Assembly: GCA_964658305.1 (NCBI GenBank)
Contig: OZ210885.1
Location: forward strand, 14,942,001-15,006,000
Direction: 5' to 3'
Source: Leptogorgia sarmentosa
Lineage: Eukaryota
DNA: 64,000 nt
Positions 39,120 through 51,469 of this stretch are shown in pieces. The stretch's first letter is position 1. Every line of letters begins with the position of its first letter. A program made the translations under genes and the position numbers. Under the pieces are notes generated by a model. That model made no database searches. It was not told the origin of the DNA and was given only the letters and a program-made list of their open reading frames with translations.

Positions 39120-40486
39120 ATGCGAATTCCTTTCCAGAATCGGACGGCAGACGTTGACTTGCCTGTCATTGAAGGGCAACCAAAAGTCAATGTGAAAGCC
39201 ATTGTGGACTCTTTTAGGGACCAAGTTCCCAGCAATTTCGAAGCGCTTTTCGAAGCATTTGTGCTTCTTTCCCCCCGCAAGGTGAGAGTCACATGCCGGT
39301 CCACTAAGGTTCTTGAAGAAGTCTGTCACCTGGGACTGACATTTAGGAACTCCCCAGTCAAGTTCAACCCATGTAGATCAGCCAAATGGGTACAGGTGAC
39401 TAGATTAAGTTATGGGGTGCCCAATGAGGCTTTGACTACTGCCCTTAAACCGTACGGCAGAATTATTGACGTTAAGATGGACGCATATAAAGGGGTCCAC
39501 ATAGGGATTAGACAGGTGCTCATAGACATCTCCGCACCCATTCCATCTCTTTTGCGTGTGGCAGATCATTGGTGTAACATCTTCTACCCTGGGCAAATCC
39601 CCACTTGCTTTGGGTGTAATAAAACGGGTCATACGAGGGCACAATGCCCACAGGGCACTCGAGGCCCGGCAACCACCTCCACTGAGAATGCCGGAAAGGC
39701 AAGGGTTCAGATGCCGGAGCGGGGAGAGGAGGTGCCTCCTCCTCGGCCAACTCCGACTTCATTCGCTGAAGCGGTGCAGCAAGGCCTACAGGGCCCTAAT
39801 ACTGATGAAGGTATTATCCCAACTGCAGGTACTGTGCCAGATTCTGATGGGACAGGCACGGCTACAGAGGTTAGAGAACAACAGATTAATGAGCCAGTTG
39901 AAGGTAAGAGTACAGCAATAGAGCAGGAGGTAGTGAAGGCTGCCACCTTGGCTAATAAACAGGACAAGCCTCCAGAGAGGGAGGATAAGGTTGATGGAAA
40001 GGAACGAACAAAAGCGTCTACCCCTTCTACCAAAAGACCCCGGTTTGAAGTGAGTAGCACGGACAGCTCAGAAGAGCAGGAAGGCAGGAGGAAGCGGCCG
40101 GCAGTGTTAAGACTACCAGGCTCGACCCTTCCCAAGACCTATTTAAAACTCCAGCTGAACTACTCCCTTTACCCCCAGACGATGAAAATGAGGAGTCAAG
40201 CAGGCTTGACACCAATGACGAACACATGGATACGACCTTGGAAACCCCCCAGGATCCCGACAATGATGGAAAAAATTTGCAAACGTCCCAGGCTACTGAT
40301 TCTATGGAATTCCCTTTGACCCAACGCACTCAGGTGAAGTTTCCTTCTGTAAAACAAGTCTCTCCGACTTCTTCCGCTGAATTCGATTTGTTCTCGTCAA
40401 AAAAGACGCGGTCGCGACCAGTCTTTGGCTCCGCCCGCACATCTCGTTCTCGTAAACTTTTGTTAAGGAGAGATTCCGTTGCTTGA
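39120..40486 (+). pseudogene. Tx1-clade ORF1 (gag-like, zinc knuckle), frameshifted near the 3' end
   Basis: ALKPYG..., GIRQV, IPSLL, IFYPGQIPTCFGCNKTGHTRAQC; ends 7 bp before the ORF2 ATG. Confidence 0.8.
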
Positions 40487-41419
40487 TTTTTTATGGCTAA
40501 CAACATTGAGATAATTACATTGAATTGTCAAGGACTACGGTCTTCTGACAATCGGTCCACTTTGTTTTCATGGCTCAGTTGTAATAAAGTTGATGTCTTA
40601 TGCTTGCAGGAAACGCATTCCGTTTCAACAGGCGAATTTTCTTCCTGGTTACAGACAGCACAGTCTACAGGTATAGTGCCACCGAACTACCACTGTTTAT
40701 CCTCCCCAGGGACCAACCGTAGCAGCGGAGTAGCGATCATATACAGATCCCACTTCCAGCTTTCGTCTAGCTCGATGGACCAGCACGGCCGCTTTATCAA
40801 CGCCCAATTGCGGTGCCCAAGCCAAAACTTGGCATCGCTTTATATTCGGTGCGTGAGTTTGTTAGTTTGTTGGTTTGTTAGTTTGTTAGTTTGTGCGGAA
40901 TCATAAGCCTGGTATTTATTTTGAAACATCATGGCGTTGAATTACGGTGCACAGTTGTGGACGTTGCGACTTAAAAGTGCGCATGCGTAATAAGTGTGTT
41001 TAGTATTAATCCATAGTATTACTTCCGCACGCCAGCGGAAGCGTATTGTTTACATGTATAATATTATATGTTACATTATACATTACATATACATATTAAA
41101 ATCATTATATATTAAAATAATTAATATGTATTACGTGTATATTACATATGTAAAGAATACGCTTCCGCTAGCGTGCGTATTTGGGCAGAAAAACACAAAC
41201 TTCAGCGGGTTAAATTTCGGCATTGACAATTGTTGTTTGCCTCGTGGATCGATATTAAATAAGTGATGGCGGGATCTGAATTGCTTCCTGAAAATGAATG
41301 CATAAGAAAATGAATTTGGTAACATCACCTCAAACTATTAAGATAGATGGAAAGTATGAGTATACTCTGAATGCTATTATTTGCCATACAGGAATACATT
41401 ATTATGCTAAATTGAAAAA

Positions 41420-42694
41420 CTAGGGATCCAAGGATAGTGCAAAGTTTCTAAGGCCTAGGTCGAACGTCGAACTTTTCATGCGCTGAACCTATTGCAAATG
41501 AGCTCAAACAAAGAACTTGGCTCATTAACATTAGGTTTGGCACATGAAAAGTTCGACGTTTGACCTAGGCCTTAGAGGACATTAAAATCATATTTTTCAA
41601 AAGAAAACTAAGGAAACATTGTTGACGTGATACGAGAAAATAATCACTATTTTATTGTCTGGAAGCAACTGCCATCGCAGCAGTGCGCATGTAAAGCAAA
41701 TCAGATAAATCTCTGACCTCCGACCTTTTTGAAATTATATACACATCGTACTGAACAAATGATCTTAAAAGAGTTAAATCACAATGTGGCATGCTACTTC
41801 TGCGTCTTAATAAAATATCCAGTTTATTCACAGTATCAGCCAACGTTAAATTTACTTTTGTATGCCTATATGTTGTTTAGTTCATTTAGTATCGAAAATT
41901 CTGTAAATCCCCAGTATTTTCGGGCAAACAAACAGCCCAAGCTTAGTGATGCCGTCGACCAGTGTTGTTGAGTCGGAGACAGCGAAAACAAACACGAAAG
42001 CTATAAATGCGAAAGCTCGCAAATATGTTTCCTATCATCAACCAATTTAAAATATGTGACGAGTTCTACTGTGTTACACATTTTAGCTTGCCCGCAATGT
42101 CGGCCAACTAAATTTTTAATATAAATACGCACGGCGGCTGTTAACAGTACTAAACTGTCCATGACAAATACAAGTTTTCTACTAATTCAAATCTCTAGGT
42201 TCTTGCTGATATATAAAGAACATTTTAACTGCTTTATCAACGCATTCAGACATGTTGGCCACATTATATTATCATCACAGTCAGTGAATTACTGATTCAC
42301 GGCCCCACTCATAGCGTCCGCCATATTGTGTAATCAGTAATTTCATTCCCCAGAAGTGCTGAGTTGCAATTTTTGCAAAAACTGAAATTCCGGAGGGGCG
42401 TCCGCCATTGTGTACTGTATTTCTGCGCTTCTTTGATCACATTTCACTTCTAACAAACTTTCATATCAACGAGAACAACTGCAAATAATGATTAGCAACG
42501 ATATATAACTGCAATCGAATCATTTTTGTTCAAACATTTCAAGGATATCAGTCAAATACCAAGTTTCGCATGTCAGGAGAATTTGGGACGCTCCCCCCGG
42601 AGTTTACACTATGAATGACTGAATGACTACATGACTGATGTGAATTTTCACCACTCATCACAATACTGCAAAGTTTCTTTGAAACTTTGCACTA
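41420..42694 (-). mobile_element. HINE copy C nested in the Helentron
   Basis: Same termini and body as copies A and B; flanked by AA on both sides. Confidence 0.85.
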
Positions 42695-42769
42695 ATAACA
42701 TGAGATGGTATATTTGTAATGATGCTAATCTCCCACAATGCATGAGCGATTACATTTGATTACATTTTT

Positions 42770-45700
42770 GTGCATAGTAATATTGAAAACGGAGGTATAC
42801 CAACGTTTATTCCGACTGCTGAGTGGCAGGAGCTTCCTGACAGGGATATTCCTTTGCCTTTTTATGTGGAACAGAAATTAACTCTTGGTGGAAGCAGGAA
42901 GGCTCGTATCTCTCCTGAATATCAAATGAAGATTCTGAGCCATAGAGAGAAGACGAAACAACAAGAGGCTGATATTAAATGTGAGGTTGAACACCATTTA
43001 GAAGGAAAAGTTGAAGAACATATAGAGGTTTCCAGCCACACTGATCATTCTAAGAAATACAATGCTTACAAATATAAGGACAACAACTTAAGTGACAATC
43101 AAACATTGAAAGGATCTCTTCAATCGGTGTCATGTAAAGGTTGCGGAAAATAATTTACCCAGTTGCTAAGACACTTGAAAAGATCTATTGGAAAGAGTAA
43201 TTGCATTTATCATTATGATATAGATGAGATGGAGAAGGAAAATGAAAAAGCCAGACTGCAACGAAGCAAAGAGTGGAAATGTAATTCAAGGTCAACCATG
43301 GCACAAGCTAAAAGGGTGCAGGAAAATGCAGAGAAAAAGAAACAGATGGCAAACAAAAGAACAGCTATGTCTCAAAATGAACTAAATGAACGGAACGTCA
43401 AAGCTAAACTAACTAAAGCAGAGAAAATGTCACGTATGACAGATGCGGAAAAAGTGGAGGAAAACATGAAAGCAAAGATTTTAATGGCTAAAAAAAGAGC
43501 AAATATGTCTCAAAATGACAAAGATCAAAGAAACGTCAAAGCTAAACTAACTAAAGCAGAGAAAATGACACGTATGACAGATACGGAAAAGGCAGAGGAA
43601 AACATGAAAGCAAAGATTTTAATGGCTAAAAAAAGAGCAAATATGTCTCAAAATGACAAAGATCAAAGAAACGTCAAAGCTAAACTAACTAAAGCAGAGA
43701 AGGGAGTAATGAATTACCGAGTTGGAATCCGAGTTCGAGTTCGAGTTGGAACCGAGTTGGAACCGAGTTGGCAAAACCAAGTTGAAAACCGAGTTTGAAA
43801 ATTTGACTTCACAATTTAACTCCCACATTTTTCCACATCAACTCAATGAAACATGCACATTTCTGCATTATCAAAACTGAATGACCTTTCTCTGTAATAA
43901 ACACGAGATAATTAAGGTGCTTTCCATCCTTCTGCTCATAACCAATAGGGACCCCACAGACATAATATTGCCCAAATTTCACATCTTTGGTACTTTTTCT
44001 TTTATATAAACCAAAACAATGTTAGATATTCAGTCAAAATTTATTAATATAGCGCTGTTCAGAATGTAAACAAAGCGTTGGTTAACTGTACGTTACGAGT
44101 GGAAGGCACCTTTAACAAGTTATATAGTTTACCACTGGTTTTTACATTTCACATTGAATTCACAATGCATTTTCTATATAAAAACATTAAAGAGAATACA
44201 AAATAAAGAGGAAAAGTAACAGAACAGCAAAATGTTTCTACAGTAATATTTAAACTGTCCCCAAAACATATTTTATTCAAGCGAGAACAATGTGCAACAA
44301 TTTTTCCCCATAGACCCGTTATACATTTCAAATGCATGAGTTTAACGTAACAGGAACAAAACAAATAACTGTGGATTTAACGAAGTCCATGTAAACTAAG
44401 AATACCTCTGTAAATAATCTGTCACTGCATCAAAGATCATGTTGCATGTGTATACACCTCAAGCTTGCAAGATGCAAAAAGGACCTAAAGCACGTTGTAT
44501 ACGCTCGTTCTTTTGAAAAATAACGAATTACTTGGCACAAGTAAATAAACGAGTTAGTTCCATGGTTGCAAAACTGGTCTATTGATCATGCGATGTAATA
44601 TTATCCAGCAGTCTGACTCGCTACTTCACCGTGATTTTACACGGAATATCCCAAGTTAGTCACAAGGGCCGTTTTATGCATAGCCGTCAACATCGGCTGT
44701 AGTCCTGGTTGAAGCATTATTAGGGAACTAAAAAAATGCGGGACTCGCTGACCGATAAAGCCGTGAGCAATTCAATCGAATTTTCAACTCGGTTTCACCA
44801 ACTCGGTTTCCAACTCGGTTCCAACTCGATTCTAACTCGAACTCGAGTCCGAACTCGGCAATTTGGGATTCCCAGCAGAGAAAATGACACGTATGACAGA
44901 TACGGAAAAAGCAGAGGAAAACACAAAAGAAAAGATTTTAATCGCTAAAAAAAGAGCAAATATGTCTCAAAATGACAAAGATCAAAGAAACATCAAAGCT
45001 AAACTAACTAAAGCAGAGAAAATGATACGTATGACAGATGCGGAAAAAAAAGAGGGAAACACGAAAGCAAAGAATTTAATGGCTAAACGAAGAGCAAATA
45101 TGTCACAAGATAAGAAAGAAGATGAAAATTTAAAATCAAAACGTTTTATGGCAAAAAAAAGAGCAACTACGTCACAAATTGAAAAGATGCAACAAAAGGA
45201 TAAACATTCAGCTTATATGGCACAAATTTGGAGGAATGTTAAAAAGCAAAATCAACCAGAAAGAGACACAGGTTTTGAAAGAGTTTGTTGCGTTTGTTAC
45301 GAATTTAAATCGCAACATATGTGTACACACAATGCCCAACAATTTTATAAGGAGTATCACCATTACTATACGCTAAACTCTCAAACTATAAATACGGATG
45401 GAAAATATTACGTTTGCAATGTATGCAACAAAAAGATGAAATCAAACCAGGATCCTATAAAAGGCACGAGAAGTGTTTTAAATATTACGACATTTCCCGA
45501 ATCGTTTTTTGAGGAACTTATAGACGAAATTGATGATAAGAATAATGTGCAGTTAAACAAACTGGAGCAACATATTCTAAAATTGGTTATTCCTTTCATA
45601 AGAGTTGCTTATCTCGAAGGTAAAGACAGAGCGAATAGAATAAAAGTTAGAGGAAATCTGATCATGATCTCAGCTGATGTGGTACAATCTCTTACAAGTA

Positions 45701-48700
45701 TCCTTCCAAGGAATCAACAACTTTTAGCAGTAAAGTTCAAGAGGAAACTGTCATATGATGGGCATGTCTTATATGAAATTATAGACAGGAAAAAAGTGGC
45801 ATTTTACTTTTATTGGCTTAAAGAAAACAATCATTTGTTTGCAGACTTGGAATTGAGCCCAGGAATATTGCACAGTTTTGAAACACAAATAGGTCTTGAT
45901 GCTCTCGAATTCGAGAAAACCTCCATTCCAACCAAAGAAATTGATGTCCTTTTAAAAAACAGAATTGACAGCGAAATTGAAACAGATACTGACAAGCCTG
46001 ATAAAAATTGGAAACATTTGGATGAACTTGAAGAAAAAACAATTCTAACAAATTGCACATTAACACACGAAAATGATAAAGGCGTTGTTGAAGAAGAGGA
46101 TGTTACTGTTACACGAAGTGGAAATGAAAATGTAGACATTGAGGGTATGCTAGAAACTGATTGGGAATAACGAACATGGGGAAAATGTGGTTGATGCAGG
46201 AAACAAGATCCATATTCAGCATCAGCACAGTACTATTATGTGCAACAAATATCAACAAAATATAGAAGAAACAACAGTGGTCAACAAGATTGCATCAACA
46301 ATAGTAGATCTAGAAACTAAAGGAGTTTTTAAAAGTGAATTCCCACAAGAATATGGCGATGATAATGATCATGTAAATTTAGAATTCAAAGAAACTGAGG
46401 ATAATCTATGTGATGCTACCAAAACTAGAATACCTAATGGGAGGGAGGACATTCATGGCAAAGATAAATTAACTACAGAACAAGCCAAGCAAAAAGCATC
46501 GCTTCTTCTCCAAAGAATAACGAAGAATGCACGAAAAGGTTGATGAAAAACTAAATGTATGTATTGCACCTGCAGAGTATGGACAGTTTAAGAACTGGAA
46601 TGAGATATTTACCTTGAGGAAAAATGTTTTCCCCATCTTTTTCCTTACGGCGTCGGAGGATATCTGAGCACTTGTATGTCTACTGGAATGGGTAGAGGAT
46701 TTGCAGCGTATTGCCGTCACCGTGTCTTAAATGCAGACCCGGCATTTTGCAATGACCACGTTTACCTAGCGTTCTTACTCTTAGTAAAAGAGCACATTGA
46801 ATTAAAAAGATCCATATCAGTGTACTTTAGACAAGCCAGAAAGACACCTGACCTAACAGTAGAAAGTATGAAGGGTATAAGGTATCATAGTCTTGAGAGA
46901 TATGGAAGAACATTTACAGCTTTCAAGAATCTTCGCGGTACTGCCATGTATTTCCAGGCGGTAAAGAAAAATCCTATGGCCACAATTCGCCAAAAAGGTT
47001 GTCCAACACATTTCATAACTCTTTCTGCAGCCGAATGGAACTGAAAGGGCTCCTTAAATCACTATACGAAACTGTTGCGAAAACTGAAGCTAGTGATGAA
47101 GTAATTGCCAATCTAACAACATCTGAAAAGAATACACTCATTTCCCAAAATGTTGTCCAAACAACAATACATTTCCATAAACAAATGGAAAAAATTATGC
47201 CACAGTTACAAAAACGTGGATTCCTTCAAACTACTGCCCTGCCAGATAATAACTCAAGCAAAAACTATGTTAAAAACATACAAAAAGCAAACTACTTTTA
47301 CAGAATAGAATTTCAAGCACGTGGTGCTCCACATGCCCATATTCTGCTTTGGGCCAGAGATGAGAATGGTGAACCTCCTCCAACATTCACAGATATCACA
47401 GAGGAGAATTTTATGCAAAAAACGGAAGAAATTGAAGATTACCATGATGGCACCATATGCTGCTCTGCCCCGGCAGAAAACGAGTGCCATGAAGAATTGC
47501 ATAAGGATGTTAGAACTTACCAGAATCATTACCCGTGCAAAGCTGGTTGCTTTAAAAAAAAGAAATGTCTCACAATTCAAGCAAACGAAGGCCATGGTAA
47601 ACTGGATGGATTAAAAGAAGAGAATGAAATGTTTCAAGTTCCATTATGCCGATACAGATTTCCAAGAATTCCAATGGCAAAGACAAAGTTAATTTTTGCA
47701 TTTTCAAAAGATGATGATAAAGATATGGTTAAACTTGCTAAAGTCGATTTCCTGAAAATTAAAAAGTACATTATTCGTCAGACATTTGCACCTGTGAGCG
47801 TGGGGTTGGATGACCAAAGAGCTTGGCAAAAATTTTAAAAGTTGACATTTGAAGATTATCTAGAAGACGTCGGGATGTTTTCCTCTTTTGAACATTTGAC
47901 GAGATCTGAACAATACAAAGCAGCCATTGAAAGATATGAAAAAGCAATTAGAGCATCTGTAAAGGGGACTTGTGCAATTTATCCAAAACGTGATACGAAA
48001 GATGTATTCACCAATAATTACAACAAGTTAATGACAATGACAAAAGCAAATCATGATATCCAGCTTTGCACAGATCCTTATGCTACTGCTCAGCACGTTG
48101 CTGATTACTGCTCAAAAAATGAATCTGGGCTTTCGATATTTTGCAAAAACATTGAAGAAGAATGTTCAAATCTCAATGCTATTGACAAGTTACGAAAATT
48201 TGCAACAGCCCTTGATAAAAGTAGAGAGGTGTCGATACAAGAATTGATTTGGCAGCTACAGGGATTACCCATGTCAAAATTTAGTATAAAAGTGAAGTAC
48301 ATAAACTGCAGCCATCCTCATCACAGAGATGGTTTAGTGAACAGAAACCTTCAACTAGGAAAAGATTGTCTTTATAATTTAGTGTGCGATGATGAGGAAG
48401 ATGATGAAGACGTAAACACTACGAGAGCATTTCATATGAGCAAACATGAATACTATGAAAAGAGGCCACATGGAAAGTACACGATGAAAGACAGTGAAGA
48501 AGTAGACTTTGAATTGATGTGCTTGGCAGACTGGTTATCAGAATTCGATCACTTTACCACAAAAAAATACCCCCGATGTGAGGAAATGCTAGAGAAAAAT
48601 ATGGGCTACTTTGTCAAAAGACAAGAGCCAGCAGTACTAAGATATTACTTGAGGTATGATGATGAAGTAGAGTTGGCAAGAGGTCTGTGTGTTTTGTTCT

Positions 48701-50803
48701 ATCCGTTTAGGGACGAAATGCGTGATGTTCACAACCATGATCCTTTGCAATTATACAACCACCACAAAGATATGATCGAAACGAACAGAAAAAAATACGA
48801 ACATAAATCCAAAATAAATGAGCTGATAAAAAAGATTGATAAAGAAAAAGAAGAAAAAATGGAAGAAACTGATGATGATGAAGAAGATTACGTTGACGAA
48901 GACAAAAATTACATTTATCTTACTTTTGAAGAGCTCACTAAACGTGTAAGAAGTCTCAACCCTCAGCAACGACGAATATTTGATGACATTATTGAGAGAT
49001 TATCGGATCCCAATGTCGAAAACAAACCGTTTTATTTATACTTGGCTGGAGAAGCGGGAACAGGAAAATCATACTTGGTGAAAACTATTATCGCTGCAGT
49101 AAAACATATTAAAAAAAAGTCAGGAAAGAATGAACTAGAAAAGCCCAGTGTTCTAGTGATGGCTCCCACTGCCAATGCTGCCTTTCTCATTGGTGGAAAA
49201 ACCATAGATTCTGCTTTAGCTATGCATATGGAAAAGAAAATGTTTAATGAAGTTACTGCTGCAAGGATAAGTCAACTGGCCTATGACGAAGTGTGCTTAA
49301 TAATCTGACGAAATCTCAATGGTTGGCACTAACAAGTTCTTTCAGATGAATCGAATATGGCAGACACTAAAACATAATCATAACGATTTTATGGGCGGAA
49401 CAAATTTAATAACAGTTGGGGATTTTCGCCAACTTCCTCCGGTCAAAGATAAATACGTATTTGAAACAGCAACATGTGATGGAAGGTCTGCTATTGCGCC
49501 AAACTATTGGACTGAAAACATGCAAATATTTTACTTGGATCAAAAAATGTGTTGCCCTGATGATATAGATTTTGCTCAACTGTGTGATCGTGTAGGAAGA
49601 GGAGATATAACTACACAAGATGAAGAATATTTGAGAAGCAGAATTATAGAACAGCCAATTCCTGACGAACTTGATAACAAAAACTTTACAGAAGGAAAAA
49701 TTGCTATCATTGTTACAACAAATGATAAAAAAGATGAGATCAATCTTAAAAAACTTAGAGAGCTCCTTCCAGATGAAGAAGAGTTTATTTGCCTTGCAAA
49801 TGATAAAATAATCGAGAACCGAGGTTATTTTAATCCTCGTCACTGGTCAAAAGAAACCAAATCTGGAGGAATAGTCAAAAATTTAGTGATAAGAAAAGGT
49901 GCTCCTGTAGTTATGACAGTAAACCACTCCAAAAAGGAGTACAAGGAGGACGGATTAGTAAATGGAGCCAAAGGTTACATAGACTATATACAAACATCGC
50001 GCCATGATAAGCAAACAGTAAAAATTATATGGGTCGTATTTTGAAATGAAAAAATTGGGAAAGATGTTTACAAAAGGCGCACAAACCACCTAAGACCAAG
50101 TGACAATGAAGAACTATGCAGAATAAAGCCAAGGGCACTACCCATATTACCTATAAGAAGAGAATGCGAAGTTTCCGACGGAAACACTCATTTTATCAGA
50201 GCACAATGAGCGCTATCCTTAGCTTATGCTCTTACCAGCCACAAATGTCAGGGAGATACACTGGAAAAGGTTATAGTCGACTTTACTCCAAACTCAAGAA
50301 ACAGAACAAACAACGACTTTGGAATGTTCTATGTTGCTATAACTCGTGTGATAAACAAAGAAAATAATGTTGTCCAAAGAAAACTGAAAAACTGGAAAGT
50401 ATTTTCACATCTCAGGCTTGATGCTACTAGTGGAACCAACAATATGGGCATCTTGGTGCTGGGATCTAGGAAATCCAACTTGCTACAGAAATACAACTTA
50501 GAACATGATGATAGTCTTGAGAAGGATATTCCAAACCTCGGGACGTTCAGTATGCCTGGCATTCATGGTCTAAAATGTCAGCTCGAACAACACACCTTTG
50601 CGTTCATCTATAGCAGAAGTCCATTAAATCACTCAAATGCTCAAGAGCTGTCACATAAAACAAGTGATATTGACTACTTATTGGGAGACCTTAACCTAAA
50701 TGTAACTAACCCAAATCATGCCAAAGCAATGGAAATCATTTGTGACAAATCAAAAAGGAATGCTGCTCACAGAAAGGTTTTTTATGCCACTGTAGACACT
50801 TAG
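42770..50803 (+). pseudogene. Helentron RepHel polyprotein (Zn finger, DUF6570-like, HUH Rep, PIF1-like SF1 helicase, degenerate APE tail)
   Basis: HFITLSAAE, YFYRIEFQARGAPHAHILLW, HVADYCSK, GEAGTGKS, MAPTANAA, DEISMVG, GDFRQLPPV, FYVAITRV, LLGDLN; several stops and frameshifts. Confidence 0.9.
43702..44873. mobile_element. Non-autonomous MULE/foldback-type element
   Basis: GGGA...TCCC termini, ~100-bp imperfect TIRs made of CCGAGTTGGA-like repeats, 9-bp TSD AGCAGAGAA (43693-43701 and 44874-44882). Confidence 0.85.
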
Positions 50804-51214
50804 GACTATTTCTACTCCAGCTCCTCCTCCATATGCTTTTTGAATTTTACAATTTGTAAATTTTACAGGTTGCTTTTCCTTTACAAAATCTGCGATTTTC
50901 AAACGCTGTGGCTCATTAAACCCAACGAAACGAACTACTCCGCTTTCGTCTTCGAGAGAACCATAAAAAAACTTTCCTTTTTTCGGAGAAAGTGATGTCA
51001 CTACACCATCCACAAGCCCCCTTTCGCCAATATTTTGACCATCTTTTATCGATGATACAGATTCAAAGACACAATGTCTCTTTTTTCTTGGTGAGGTTGT
51101 GGGAGAACAAGACTTACGCGAGGACATCTTTCCTTTCTTGCACGCGGCGGTGTTTCCACAAATTTTTAATAAGTGAAATAACTTATCTATCCCTTTATAT
51201 CCCAAATTATCCAT
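50750..51214 (-). CDS. Putative OB-fold (RPA/SSB-like) protein inside the Helentron, probably truncated
   Basis: VDGVVTSLSP..GKFFYGSLEDESGVVRFVGF...PVKFTNCKIQK....EIVL resembles the OB-fold beta pattern (G.V..., L.D.SG.VR). Confidence 0.5.
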   Translation of the reverse strand: MDNLGYKGIDKLFHLLKICGNTAACKKGKMSSRKSCSPTTSPRKKRHCVFESVSSIKDGQNIGERGLVDGVVTSLSPKKGKFFYGSLEDESGVVRFVGFNEPQRLKIADFVKEKQPVKFTNCKIQKAYGGGAGVEIVLSVYSGIKNLSVSSIPF

Positions 51215-51469
51215 CTACAACCTTTGATACCTCATACACAATTACAACACGCTAACTCAACAGGGCGCCGTTTACTTATATAGTCAATTCTTCAGCTATT
51301 GGAAATCAGTCTTCATCTAGTTATCAATATCTGGTAAAATTTGATAAAAATATACCGTATTTACTGCGCAAGTTTCTGCACAAGCCACTTCATGCAACAC
51401 GCACCGTCTTCACAAAATTTTGCCCCAAAACAACACTGAAAGGGCACCGCATTGTACTACTATGTCTGG

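Larger units (their letters stand above)
40808..51469 (+). mobile_element. Helentron (Helitron2/HLE2-type) rolling-circle transposon
   Basis: subTIR TGCGGTGCCC / GGGCACCGCA, 5' hairpin CCAAG-N6-CTTGG and GTTT microsatellite, 3' CTGG, T-run target with no TSD. Excision restores Tx1 ORF2 (INAQ|FSFQCQLFQICNVYGPN). Confidence 0.88.

Noticed and set aside
43715..43800. CRISPR- or iteron-like short repeats (CCGAGTTGGA)
   Set aside because: No unique spacers; they are TIR subrepeats mirrored at 44785-44860.
47842..50044. Host PIF1 helicase
   Set aside because: Fused to HUH Rep motifs inside Helentron termini.
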